DNA from: the human T2T-CHM13v2.0 reference genome, Homo sapiens
Reading direction: 5' to 3' (one strand)
Assembly: GCF_009914755.1 (NCBI RefSeq)
Contig: NC_060938.1
Length of the DNA stretch: 64,000 nt
In this document: positions 45,248 through 58,481 of the stretch, piece after piece
Numbering within the stretch: the first letter of the stretch is position 1
Layout of the letters: the number at the start of each line of letters is the position of its first letter
The notes under the pieces: generated by a model
Told to the model about the DNA's origin: nothing
The model's database searches: none
Seen by the model: the letters and a program-made list of their open reading frames with translations, nothing else
Position numbers and translations under genes: made by a program

Positions 45248-45749
45248 CGTGTGGGGACTTTTAAAATCCATCTCATTGCCAGCACCTAGTACAGTGCTGT
45301 AGACTTAGTGAATAATAAAACAATTTTGAGATAAAAGATGAAATTGGAACTTTTGTGAATTAGGAATGATTTTTTTTAAATAATCACTTATCAAGCTCTT
45401 GTTTTACATCAGGCTTTAAACTATACTTTTCCTATTGTCCTCATGTAATCCCACGGTGAATGTTACTGTCCCCATCTTACAGATGAAGAAACTAATGTTC
45501 AGAGACATTAAGTCATTAGGTATAAACTAAATGACTCAAATTCAGTTTTGTCTGGCTGTAGCAACTGTTTTCTTAACATTAGCCACACTGGCTTATGAGA
45601 AGCACTTTTTCCCCTCTTTTAATATACCCTTCCATGTCCCCCCAAATTAATCCTCATTTAGTTCTTCTCTTCTGATTCCTGCAAGTGTCATAGTCAAGCT
45701 GTTAAATCATCTGACTGTTCATGATTTCATACGGTGCCAGTGAGGCTTT

Positions 45750-45950
45750 CTGGATTCAGGTACTGAGTTTGCCACCTTCTAGCTGTAGGGTATTGGGCAG
45801 ACTTCCTTACCTCTTGGGCCTCACTCTTCTCATCTGTAAAATGGGGATAACTATAGTACCTACCTCACAGGGCCATTATGAGACTTAAATGATCTACTTG
45901 TACAAAATACTTAAAACAGGTTCTGGCACATAGTGAGTACCATCTGAGGG
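45750..45950 (+). mobile_element. MIR
   Basis: ttgggcagacttccttacctcttgggcctcactcttctcatctgtaaaatgggg. Confidence 0.75.
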
Positions 45951-46047
45951 TTATTTGTTTCAGCTAGAATTGTCCAGATGAGAGCATAATAGTTTAAAAG
46001 GTTCAACAGCAGAAGCTGACTTTTTTTTTTTTTAATATAGTGAAATA

Positions 46048-46364
46048 GGCCAGGTGCAGTGGCTCGTGCCTGTGATACCTTTGCTTTGGGAGGCCGAGGT
46101 GGAAGGAACACTTGAGGCCAGGAATTTGAGACCAGCCTGTGCAACACAGTGAGACCCCCATCTCTACAAAAATAAAAATAAAAAAATTATCTGGGTGTGA
46201 TGGTGTGCACCTGTAGTCCCAGCTACTCAGGTGGCTGAGGCAGGAGAATTCCTTGAGCTCAGGAGTTGGAGGCTGCAGTGATCTATGATCATGCCGCTGC
46301 ACTCTAGCCTTATCTCTGAAGAGACCCTGTCTCTAAAAAATAAATGAATAAATAAATACATAAA
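46048..46364 (+). mobile_element. AluJ
   Basis: Full Alu with A-rich tail. Confidence 0.92.
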
Positions 46365-49300
46365 ATGTAATGAAAATAGTTCACTTTTTTGATACTCTTC
46401 AGCAAGTTTCTGTGTGGAGGCAGCTAACTCGATCTAGACTGAGTCAGACATCATGCCTAATTTCTCTGTCCACTAATAAATATGAATTACTCTGAGGATG
46501 AATACACACACATTCACATACACTTCCAAACAGCAAATACCAAAAGGAATTAGCAGTTCAGGAGGGTGGCTCAACTGCCTTCTGAGAACTAAGGGCCATG
46601 TCCTCTGTGATTAAACTGAGTCAAGCCCATCTGTAATTGAGCACTGGTAGAATGGGCTCATTCAAGCATGTAACGCCCTTAAATTTTTCATTTAAATTTT
46701 CTGTGCCTTAGAAATGAACTTTACAGTAATCTTTGCTTTCTAAAAATAAATGTGTTTCTTGTTAAGCATTTAGTCTCATCACAAATTCTGTTTTAGAAAA
46801 AAACAACAGAAAATAGTGAATGAGAAGGGTAGGAGACTTAGGACTCAGCGAATTCTATCTCAGTGCCAAGACTTTAAAACTGGGAATAAATGCTACTTCT
46901 CCATGACCTGGGTCTGATAATTTGTCTGCAGGAACACTGTTTCTAGAGGGTGGTTTGGTACAGTGGGAGGAATAGACTTTGGAGTGAGATCCATGTTCAA
47001 ATCCCAAGTCACTTACCTTCTCTGATCCTCAGTTTCCTCATCTGTAAAATGACCATAATCAACACCATCTCGAAGATTTGTGGTGACAACACAGCATTTA
47101 CTTCCTGCTGTATACTTCCCATTTCCTCTTGTAGAGACAGAATTTTCCACTTTATTTTAATCTATAATTATGTAATCCCATTTAAAAATCACCCTTCGAC
47201 TTTCAGTTCCACAAGGCAGGGGCCATATCTTGTTTTCCATTATGTGGCTGTTCCCTGGCCCCATATATGGCACAAGGAAGGCCCTCCTTTTTATTCTAGC
47301 TCCATATGACAGCCTTGCCAGAGGGCAAAGGTAACCGCCCAGACAGTTTATATTTAACCAAACAAGGCTTGTTGTAGAGGAGAAAGAGTTAGGAAAAGAA
47401 ATAATGAGTATTCTTAACTTATTGGGAGAGTGTAGCACTTTGCAAGATTTGACTGTAAGTGTTCACTGTGAAAATCATCTTCAAGTGTATTTTAGCCAGC
47501 CAAAGCCTCTAGCAAATTATTTTTCACAAACCAGTAAGTATACATTTGCATGTACTTTCACGGTGCTTCTTAGTCTTTAAAGAGATTGATGTTTTAGAAA
47601 GTTTAAAAGTAACTTTTTACCCTCACGAAGGAACTTTCAAAATGCAAATGATTTGAAAGTAGGAGGTATGCTGACAACCACTGGTAGGAGGGCCAACCAC
47701 TGTTCCATTTTCTTCTGTTTGATGACCAGGATTTCTCCTGGGGGTTGAATCCTGGCTTGGTGCCAAACAAGGGTCTACAGACTCTCAAAGCCTGTATAAA
47801 ATAGGAGCATGACAAAGAAGGAAACAGTTAATCCATGAGAGTGGGCAGGAGGACAGGATCTTGTGGACTAGGTCACTCTCCATGTGCTCCTGGACAGCTT
47901 GTCAGGGAGGCAAAGAAAAGTAATGGAAGAAGCAGCAGAAAGGGACAATAAGGACACTGGTAGAAAATAACAGGAAAGACACTGAACAGATACAGCAGGA
48001 GGAGTTTGAACAATGAAGGCTAAAATGCAGCCTTTCAAAGGTTTGTAATTCAGCCTGTGGCAGAGAGTAGAACATGCATAAAATGTACTTTTCATGTAGT
48101 GCAGTGGTGGCATTGGGTTATATCATGAAGAAAATCTGATTTTTATAGTCCTCTGACTTTCCAGAGAAGTAAATTTGAATTCAGAATATTAGAAACACAC
48201 ATAGGTAGGCCAATACTAAGAGTGAGAACAAACTTGGTTACAGACAGAATTCCGATACAGATATAATAATTTCACAATATCCAGGAGAGTGTCCCAACTC
48301 TTTATTTATTGTAATCTTTTTTGACTATTAAAATTACTTGAATTCAGGCCTTAGACATGCTATATGTTCTGCTGAAATTTTTGCCACAATGATATTTATC
48401 TTTGTATTTTCAGCAATGTCTAGTAGTGTGCTTTTTCACACATAGAAGGCACTTAATAAATATTTGTTAAATGAAAAAATAAACGACCAATATTTGTTGC
48501 ATTAGGATTTGATCTGTGTTTCAAAATAATTTTTAAATTTTTTTTCCATTTTCGTATGTCATCCTTATTTTCTTTCATTCACACCACAAAGATGCCAGCA
48601 GAACTTCTGAAAATGGGCATCAAGTATTTGTTGTGTGTGTCCAAATGTGAATACACCTGCACATCCACATGGTCTGTGTATAGAGGGGCACTTTCTTGGT
48701 CTTTCTAAGCACATCTCTTGATAGGGGGAGAGTACCTAGTACACTGTCCACTGTACACAGAAACCCGGTGATAGTACACAGATAGAGGGGGCTGAGTGAA
48801 GTGGAAAAATAGCATGTGATAAAGGTATCATGAATTGAATGGACCCCAATTTTGCTTTCTTTCATGATTTCTGTTTATATTCTTGAGGCTACACATAGAA
48901 GCAGGAAGGGAGGTCGAAAGCTAGATCTCCCTAAAGGGACGGGGTGCTTAGCTTTTATTATAAGTTCGGAACACTGGGATATCTCAGGTTTCTATTGTGA
49001 GTGATGAAACTTTTTAGTATTGGCAAGAAAAGAGATAGGAAATGTGCAACAAATAAAAAGTTGTGAGGGTGGGATATAACTCAGAAGAAACCCAGAGAGA
49101 ATCCTTGAGAGGACTCCTGTTTCCCCTATATCAGACAGCCTTGTTTTGCTATCTGGCTGGGATACACAGAGGTGCCATCCGGAAATGTTCACCCAGGACC
49201 AATGGGTTTTGTCTAATCTGCATCTCACAGATTTCAGCTAACTATGTAATCATGGTTCTGTTAGGAAACCTGACACATTGTTTAGTGCTTTTTGGCTAAG

Positions 49301-51925
49301 ACTAACTTTTATGATGAAGCAACCATGCACTGACATACACACACAGGTTATTTGTGTTTGTTTTTGAAGGGGAGAAGATAGTGCATGGTTTTTTAACTAG
49401 TTACATTTCAAATAACGTCTTTCACTATTTATCTTCTTGGATTTAACCACTTGTTCCCTAAATAATATACTTTCTGACTTAATTTTCTCCCCAAACCAAT
49501 TTATATGTACAGATATAACAACACAATTCTAAATACAATAGTAAAAACTGTTTAATGCTGCAAGAAGTATAAAGTACTATTTTCATCTCCCATTTATAAA
49601 CCATCTAAATTCTGCTTTTCTGACTAGCATCCACAGATGACAGACAATACTTCTGTAAGTCCATCTGGTCAGCAAAGGGTCTCTTAAGTTTTCACGAAAA
49701 TTTTAATTATGAGAGTATCGAGAATTAGGACTGGAGTTCTAACAGACTCTGCCCTTATTTCTGCTCACAGATTTACTGTACACATCTGAAGGGATCTATG
49801 GTAAACATCAAGTCAGATATGAACCTGTGAAATATTCTGATCCCTAGGTAGTCTACCAGATAAAGGAGTTTAGGGAATAACATTTTGAACACATGGGACA
49901 CTCTACTGAGAAGACTGAGCTTGAGTAAGTGTAACTTCGATATTAAAAGAGTCAAGTATTTGGGAGGAAATGAAAAGCAAAGCAACTCTCAAATTTATGC
50001 AAATGCAGGAAAGGCGAAAGAACAGACAAACTGATACCCTGAAGATAGGAGAAGGGGCAAAATGAATGATCTTGCATGGATTCTTGGCATTTGGAAAGAG
50101 TTGCAATATGAGAAAATTAGAAAAAAAGGCTGAGTTTGGTAGATCACCAGAAAATTCACTTAGTAAGGGAATACATTGTATGAAATTTCTGAAACCTTCT
50201 CTGTTGGACATATTTTCACCTCACCTGGAAGAAAATCTTCTGAGTGATGACCAACAGAAACCTCAATGATGTTGTCAATCAGTTTAGGGTTGGAGTCTAG
50301 GACTGGAGGAATGTTAAACTACCATATAGTTCCCAGCTCAGCCAATTGCAATTGTGTAGGTCTCAGTTTGTGATTATGATGTCTCTAAGATGATATTTCT
50401 CATTAGTTTTATCAAATCTAACCAATTGGGATAGATTTTTGAAAGAATATAAATGAGAAATCTTGCATTTGTGAAATCTGGTTGTGATATGTATCCCTGG
50501 GTGTGACTCTCCTTGGAGACTTGGTACAATAGAGAGATTTTCAATAGGAAAAGCTTTTGGAAACATGTATGAATATGGGAAACCATATGATGTACCACTA
50601 TGTGGGATGATAGACTGAGCTCTATCTAAACAGGTTGGCAACACACCAGAGCATGGCAGTATGGTATGATCTGACTCTATGGGACTCTGTGCCCACATCT
50701 CTGCTTTGTCCCCCTCTAATAAACAATTTGTGTTCCTGAGTGTTATTTGTTTTTTTACTTACCACTCTCCACAATTCCATTTTCTCTTTTTCTCATGATT
50801 TTTTTTGAGGTAATCTAATTGCTTGAATTAAAGGTTTATGAATCTTAAAATATTATCTAGGAAAAACCCTAATGGCAAAACCTAGCTTGTGATAAACATT
50901 ATAAAAAATATTTACTTTTACCTCTTTCCACTTCAGTGTCAGGACATCCTCAGTTAAGCATTAAAAATATTAATCAAGATTATTTGAAAGGCACATCTGA
51001 AGAATGGGTTAAGTTTAATAGGGAAACGGCATCTCAACCCATTCCTAGTTATGTGTGGAAGCCTGCCCTTGCTCCTTATGACCTCCAGGTGGTGCTGTTT
51101 ACCCAGACATGGAAAGCAGGAGCCCAGCCCCATTTCTTTCACTTAGGTTTGCAGTTGGGCTTTCATATTTTCAAAATATTTTCTGTTTCTACAGATGTAT
51201 ACTTCTAAATGGCCAATAAAATTTTATAACCACTATTTGAAAAATTGCAAGGTTATTGTGATTTGTGCTTCCTAGCCAAGAATATATCTTTATGTCTGTA
51301 CATACCCGAAGTCAAGTATTTATGTTTGTTCATTGGTCCCACTTTCTACGCTTCCTTCCTTTGTAGCACACAGGCTCAGACACAGACATTTGGGCTGTGG
51401 ACAGAACTCGTCCAAGGACCTGTAAATACTTATGTAATTTTGAAATATATTTCTAGTTCAGCTATGGCAACTAAACTCCACAGGCTTCTGGGTGAAGAAC
51501 AACATCTTTACAGGAATGCCAATCCCTGTAAAGGATTTGGCAATCCCCCAAAGCCAACGAGTGTTCCTAGCAGACCTGACCTGATTTTTTGGCAGGGGGA
51601 TGCTTGTCAGACACCAGAAATGTTTTGATGTTTTGAGGTCACCCATACAGTGACACCCCACAATCCAATCCAAATTCCTCAGAAAAGTGATTCTAGAGAA
51701 AAACTGAGAGGGAAGCATTGACAGTTTCTTTCCCATTTTGGTAAGAGTTCAGGTCCAGGAATAGTGGAAATTCCATTACAGCAAAGATGAAACTAGGATA
51801 GGAGTGCGGTGGGATCGATTTGATCATGGATAAAATTTGGAACTTTTAATATTGGCTTTTTACAGAATAACCAACTAACATGCCTTTCTTGCCCCTTTTT
51901 TTCCCCTTTTCTTTCCTTTCACAAG

Positions 51926-52048
51926 GGGTTTGTAAACAAACTGGATGAATTCATTCAATGGTTAAATGAAGCCATGGAAACTACAGAGAATTGGACTCCC
52001 CCTAAAGCAGAGATGGATGACCTTAAACTGTATCTGGAGACACACTTG
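51926..52048 (+). CDS. AKAP6: AKAP6 coding exon (probably exon 5), 41 codons GFVNKLDEFIQWLNEAMETTENWTPPKAEMDDLKLYLETHL; part of spectrin-like repeat 1
   Basis: Long polypyrimidine tract ending acaAG (51924-51925); donor TTG|gtaggc at 52049; 123 nt, phase 0-0; spectrin-repeat helix A pattern (F..KL..F..WL); continues ...WEKIE in frame. Not in the ORF track because it is too short. Confidence 0.95.
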
Positions 52049-53749
52049 GTAGGCAAGATTGTGTTGTTCTGGCTGTCAATAATCAAAGGATTTTAATGTA
52101 CTGCTTGTTTGTTTATGAGAAATATCAATTTTATTTATCAAAGGTTACTATATGTCAATGAAACCAAATTTTAATGGGTCACAGAAGATGAAAATTTACA
52201 GGCATTTCAAGTAATACTATGAAACCTAAATCATCTCTGTTTCAAGCTACCTTTTCAAAGCTTTTCCTGGAAGGATAAGTAATTATTTAAAAATACCTTA
52301 GAAAATTTTATTAGACCCTTGTTCTCTAAAGCAGCAACTGAAGGTTTTCCCTTTCTTAAAAACAAATAAATGAAAGAGATGATTTTGATGACCATTCTAA
52401 GCTTTCTAGAATTCTTGTAAAATTAATGAACCTCTCATTATCAAGAGGGTCTACATTATCTGTTCTACACTGGGTTATTTTAATAAAATATTTAAAATGA
52501 TGATCTCCATCATTTTTGCTGCTATGTGGGTTTTTCAGCATATAATTAATACAACTGTCATTACACTCATCCCTGTGCATAGAGAAAACCATGGAGGGGA
52601 AGTGGAAAACACTCAGATGAATTTGCTTCTGAATGTTAAAAGCAAGAATTATAGACTGGGGGACATTCGATGAACCTCGTGGGGTTTTTACTGAATGCTT
52701 CAAATGGCCGATATCAATTATGAAGGGGTGGAAACTAAGTAGTGGAGTGTGATAAAGCATGAAGAAAAAGCACGTGTCATAGGAAATGAAAATTCAAGCT
52801 GTAAGGATCTCATCTTTATTCCTTTCACTGATAGCATAAAATTGACAAAGGCAATGAACATGAATCCTTGGGTACTCAACTGTGGGGTTGATTTTCTGCC
52901 CCTCTTACACACTCAGAATTTGGATTGAATAAACATTATGTGGGAGTCCTACCTGTGTGCGAGTTCACAGGGTTCCAGAACTGTTGTTCTCTATGATGTT
53001 AAGTGAGAGAGAGAAGGGAGAGATGGAGAGGGAGAAAAGAGGGGAAAGAGATAATGTTTCAGGTTTTGGTGTTTGTTTTTTGCAGCATGTTTATATAACA
53101 GAAAAACAGCTTTAAAATCCTGTTGCTGCATGCAAATAGCCTTGCAGATGATAAAGAATGACAAAACTGTGTGGTAGAGGATGAGTGTATTGCTTCCCTT
53201 TTTAGAGACCTGAGTCGATGGTGTGTAAAAATGCAAGTGACCCTAACCACCTCTCTTGTACATGGGTTTTTATATACTGTCCTTAGTACTCATTTCCCTG
53301 TTGAGTAGAGTTTCAACTTTTTTTTAAAGAGGGCATTTCATAATAGCAAGATAAAGATATTCAGTGCTTTATGATGTAAATTGTATTAATTAGAATGTCA
53401 ACTTTTCACTGGCATTGTTCTGACAGAAATTCTAATCTGTGTTTAAACAGGAGTATATGAACTTTATTTCACATTAAGTGTGCTGTCTTACTTTCTCTTG
53501 ACTTAATATTTTATGGAAAACACACATTTAGTTTTTGAGGTCCCAGAGGGCACAAGGGCATGAAGAGCACTTTAACTCTGGACTATTTATTGAAAGCCGG
53601 GCTAGGAGAGTATGGACCCAAGGTCCCTTTTTCCCCTTTGGAGGTTGAATGATATGGCCTCTTTGTAACCAATGAGCACTCTCTTTTTCAAATACAGTAT
53701 TACAGGGTTTCTTACTTGGCATCCTTATGTTAGCCTCTACTTCCTTCTA

Positions 53750-53950
53750 GCCCAATGCAGTTCACTGGAGCTTTTGGTGACGATGGAATATTCTATATTG
53801 CCCTCTCCTATGTGGGGGCCACTAACTGCATGTGTCTATTGTGCATTTGAAATGTGGCTAATGCAACTGAAGAAATGAGTTTTTAATTTTACTTGACATA
53901 TTTAAATTTAAATTGCCACATGTGGCTAGTGACTTCTGTATTCTGTCTAG
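53750..53950. mobile_element. MER3/MER33-like hAT-Charlie MITE
   Basis: gcatttgaaatgtggctaatgcaactgaagaaatgagtttttaatttt...gccacatgtggctagtg. Confidence 0.7.
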
Positions 53951-55587
53951 CCTTACAAATTGCAAGCTTTTTATAGGTGACCGTAACGAACGGCAATATC
54001 TGTACCTGCCTCGTAATGACATTTTCATCCCAAAATGTGGAAGTTATTCTCCAGTTTGCTGTGGGCCACCAGTATAAAGATCCACAGCAAAGAGTCCTTC
54101 TTAAGATATTTATTTCTTAAAGAATAGTCTTGTTTCTGCCTAATGATCAACATTTTCTTAGATGAGTTTTCTCTACTATCCCATGTCTGATTATATTGAT
54201 TGGAATAGAGATATCATAGAACATCTTCTTTATTTCTACTTTGCAAATAGTGAGGGACTTTGATCTACAGACCTGTTGACTGGATGTTAAATTACAGTCT
54301 CAAATTTGACTTCCAAAATAATGAATAATAATGTCTAACAGTTACTGAAGACCTAGTGTGTGTGTATTGCCACTGAATGATATTCTTAAAGCGCAATCAA
54401 GAGCTACTGTTACACTGGATGCTGTGTCTGTTACTTTAGATACAGCCTGTGGCTCAAACATCTTTCAATCAAATTCTTAGTTTTCCTGTTTCCATATGAG
54501 TCTATATTGTCCTCCTGATCAATATTGTCATTTTTATTGTATTTCTTTACTGTCATGCTGAATTAATGATAAGTTATTCTTCTCAACCTTCCCATAAAAG
54601 AAAATGTATGAATAAGCCTAGAGATTTGTATTCTTTAGTTAACCGTGCATAAGTCATTATTGTTTTTTAATGAGGGGGCAAGTGGTATTTGCAAGATTAT
54701 CCAGTAGTAGAGGTAGCTACACAAGTTTCTTTAAACATCTCTCTAGACTCTATATTTGACATTAAATCAACAGATATGCAAGCCTCTAGGGTCTGAGTCT
54801 TCCCTGGTTTATTAATGTGTTAGACTAGCTGGCAACCTCCAATATTTATTATAAAGAAAAATATAAAAATCATACTCAAAGTTGTATGTTCATACTTTGA
54901 TACTTAATTCAGTTATTTTCCATGATGGTACCAAGGGTTTTCACCAACACAAATCAATTAAAGCTTTATAATACCTTTATAAGAGATATGGAGGAGCTTT
55001 ATTTTAACTGTAAGAAACACTGTGAAATTGCAATGATACATCAATGATTTTCCATGATAATTAATCATCTGCTTGCAACCTGGCTGCTCCTTTCAAAAAT
55101 ACAATTCCTACCTGCCTAGAAAATGACATTTTCAGGAAAATATCATTCTGGAAAGGTATTTTGCAAGTGTTGAACATTCCCTCTTCTTTGAAAACCACTT
55201 TAAGATAGAATTGTATAGGTATGTTCTTGGACAGACTTCTATCTCTCTCCCTTCTCTCACCTCTGTCTTCCTCCTACACTTAAAAAAACAGCTTTATTGA
55301 GGTATATTTAACACATAATAAATTGCACATTTTTTTCCCTTTAGTCACACTCTTCATTTTATTTTATTATTATTATACTTTAAGTTTTAGGGTACATGTG
55401 CACAACGTGCAGGTTAGTTACCTATGTATACATGTGCCATGCTGGCATGCTGCACCCATTAACTTGTCATTTAGCATTAGGTATATCTCCTAATGCTATC
55501 CCTCCCCACTCCCCCCACCCCACAACAGTCCCCAGTGTGTGATGTTCCCCTTCCTGTGTCCATGTGTTCTCATTGTTCAATTCCCAC

Positions 55588-56841
55588 CTATGAGTGACAA
55601 CATGCGGTGTTCGTTTTTTGTCCTTGCGATAGTTTACTGAGAATGATGATTTCCAATTTCATCCATGTCCCTGCAAAGAACATGAACTCATCATTTTTTA
55701 TGGCTGCATAGTATTCCATGGTGTATATGTGCCACATTTTCTTAATCCAGTCTATCATTGTTGGACATTTGGGTTGGTTCCAAGTCTTTGCTATTGTGAA
55801 TAGTGCCGCAATAAACATACGTGTGCATGTGTCTTTATAGCAGCATGATTTAAAGTCCTTTGGGTATATACCCAGTAATGGGATGGCTGGGTCAAGTGGT
55901 ATTTCTAGTTCTAGATCCCTGAGGAATTGCCACACTGACTTCCACAATGGTTGAGCTAGTTTACAGTCCCACCAACAGTGTAAAAGTGTTCCTGTTTCTC
56001 CACATCCTCTCCAGCACCTGTTGTTTCCTGACTTTTCTGTCTTCATTTCGTTATGTACCCAGTAGTTATTCAGGAGCAGGTTGTTCAGTTTCCATGTAGT
56101 TGAGCGGTTTTGAGTGAGTTTCTTAATCCTGAGTTCTAGTTTGATTGCACTATGGTCTGAGAGACAGTTTGTTATAATTTCTGTTCTTTTACATTTGCTG
56201 AGGAGAGCTTTACTTCCAACTATGTGGTCAGTTTTGGAGTAGGTGTGGTGTGGTGCTGAAAAAAATGTATATTCTGTTGATTTGGGGTGGAGAGTTCTGT
56301 AGATGTCTATTAGGTCCGCTTGGTGCAGAGCTGAGTTCAATTCCTGGGTATCCTTGTTAACTTTCTGTCTCGTTGATCTGTCTAATGTTGACAGTGGGTT
56401 GTTAAAGTCTCCCATTATTATTGTGTGGGAATCTAAGTCTCTTTGTAGGTCACTCAGGACTTGCTTTATGAATCTGGGTGCTCCTGTATTGGGTGCATAT
56501 ATATTTAGGACAGTTAGCTCTTCTTGTTGAACTGGTCCCTTTACCATTATGTAATGGCCTTCTTTGTCTCTTTTGATCTTTGTTGGTTTAAAGTCTGTTT
56601 TATCAGAGACTAGGATTGCAATCCCTGCCTTTTTTTGTTTTCCATTTGCTTGGTAGATCTTCCTCCATCCTTTTATTTTGAGCCTATGTGTGTCTCTGCA
56701 CATGAGATGGGTTTCCTGAATACAGCACACGGATGGGTCTTGACACTTTATCCAATTTGCCAGTCTGTGTCTTTTAATTGGAGCATTTAGTCCATTTACA
56801 TTTAAAGTTAATATTGTTATGTGTGAATTTGATCCTGTCAT
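55588..56841 (-). pseudogene. L1 ORF2 remnant: open 417-aa endonuclease-C-terminal-domain fusion with no RT
   Basis: [19 protein letters not shown]...SDH...VHNEMKTE|[13 protein letters not shown]...; junction at 56033-56036. Confidence 0.9.
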
Positions 56842-56904
56842 TATGATGTTAGCTGGTTATTTTGCTCGTTAGTTGATGCAGTTTCTTCCTAGCCTCGATG
56901 GTCT

Positions 56905-57915
56905 TTACAATTTGGCATGATTTTGCAGTGGCTGGTACCGGTTGTTCCTTTCCATGTTTAGTGCTTCCTTCAGGAGCTCTTTTAGGGCAGGCCTGGTGGT
57001 GACAAAATCTCTCAGCATTTGCTTGTCTGTAAAGTATTTTATTTTTCCTTCACTTATGAAGCTTAGTTTGGATGGATATGAAATTCTGAGTTGAAAACTC
57101 TTTTCTTTAAGAATGTTGAATATTGGCCCCCACTCTCTTCTGGCTTGTAGAGTTTCTGCCGAGAGATCCGCTGTTAGTCTGATGGGCTTCCCTTTGTGGG
57201 TAACCCGACCTTTCTCTCTGGCTGCCCTTAACATTTTTTCCTTCATTTCAACTTTGGTGAATCTGACAATTATGTGTCTTGGAGTTGCTCTTCTCGAGGA
57301 GTATGTTTGTGGCGTTCTCTGTATTTCCTGAATGTTGGCCTGCCTTGCTAGATTGGGGAGGTTCTCCAGGATAATATCCTGCAGAGTGTTTTCCAACTTG
57401 GTTCCATTCTCCCTGTCACTTTCAGGTACACCAATCAGACGTAGATTTGGTCTTTTCACATAGTCCCATATTTCTTGGGGGCTTTGTTCATTTCTTTTTA
57501 TTCTTTTTTCTCTAAACTTCCCTTCTCGCTTCATTTCATTCATTTCATCTTCCATCACTGATACCCTTTCTTCCAGTTGATCGCATCAGCTCCTGAGGCT
57601 TCTGCATTCTTCACGTAGTTCTCGAGCCTTGGCTTTCAGCTCCATCAGCTCCTTTAAGCACTTCTCTGTATTGGTTATTCTAGTTATACATTCGTCTAAA
57701 TTTTTTTCAAAGTTTTTAACTTCTTTGCCTTTGGTTTGAATTTCCTCCTGTAGCTCGGAGTAGTTTGATCATCTGAAGCCTTCTTCTCTCAACTTGTGAA
57801 AGTCATTCTCCTACCAGCTTTATTCTGTTGCTGGTGAGGAACTGCGTTCCTTTGGAGGAGGAGAGGCGCTCTGCTTTTTAGAGTTTCCAGTTTTTCTGCT
57901 CTGTTTTTTCCCCAT
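56905..57915 (-). pseudogene. L1 ORF1, disrupted
   Basis: ATG at 57915-57913; in-frame stops at 57813-57811 (TAG), 57771-57769 (TGA) and 57588-57586 (TGA); the C-terminal 217 aa are open. Confidence 0.9.
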
Positions 57916-58481
57916 CTTTGTGGTTTTATCTACTTTTGGTCTTTGATGATGGTGATGTACAGATGGGTTTTTGGTGTAGGTGTCCTTTCTGTTTGTTAGT
58001 TTTCCTTCTAATAGACAGGACCCTCAGCTGCAGGTCTGTTGGAGTTTGCTAGAGGTCCACTCCAGACCCTGTTTGCCTGGGTATCAGCAGCGGTGGCTGC
58101 AGAACAGCGGATTTTCGTGAACCGCGAATGCTGCTGTGTGATCGTTCCTCCGGAAGTTTTGTCTCAGAGGAGTACCCGGCCGTGTGAGGTGTCAGTCTGC
58201 CCCTACTGGGGGGTGCCTCCCAGTTAGGCTGCTCGGGGGTCAGGGGTCAGGGACCCATTTGAGGAGGCAGTCTTCCCGTTCTCAGATCTCCACCACTGCT
58301 CTCTTCAAAGGTGTCAGACAGGGACATTTAAGTCTGCAGAGGTTACTGCTGTCTTTTTGTTTGTCTGTGCCCTGCCCCCAGAGGTGGAGCCTACAGAGGC
58401 AGGCAGGCCTTCTTGAGCTGTGATGGGCTCCACCCAGTTCGAGCTTCCCGGCTGCTTTGTTTACCTAAGCAAGCCTGGGCA

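Noticed and set aside
50560-50745. Possible LTR end (AATAAA followed by tgtgttcctgagtg)
   Set aside because: I could not match it to a family or find LTR termini by eye.
56033-56036. L1 deletion as a spliced L1 RNA
   Set aside because: The L1 consensus at the upstream breakpoint continues TAAAG rather than GT, so there is no canonical donor. Microhomology fits better.
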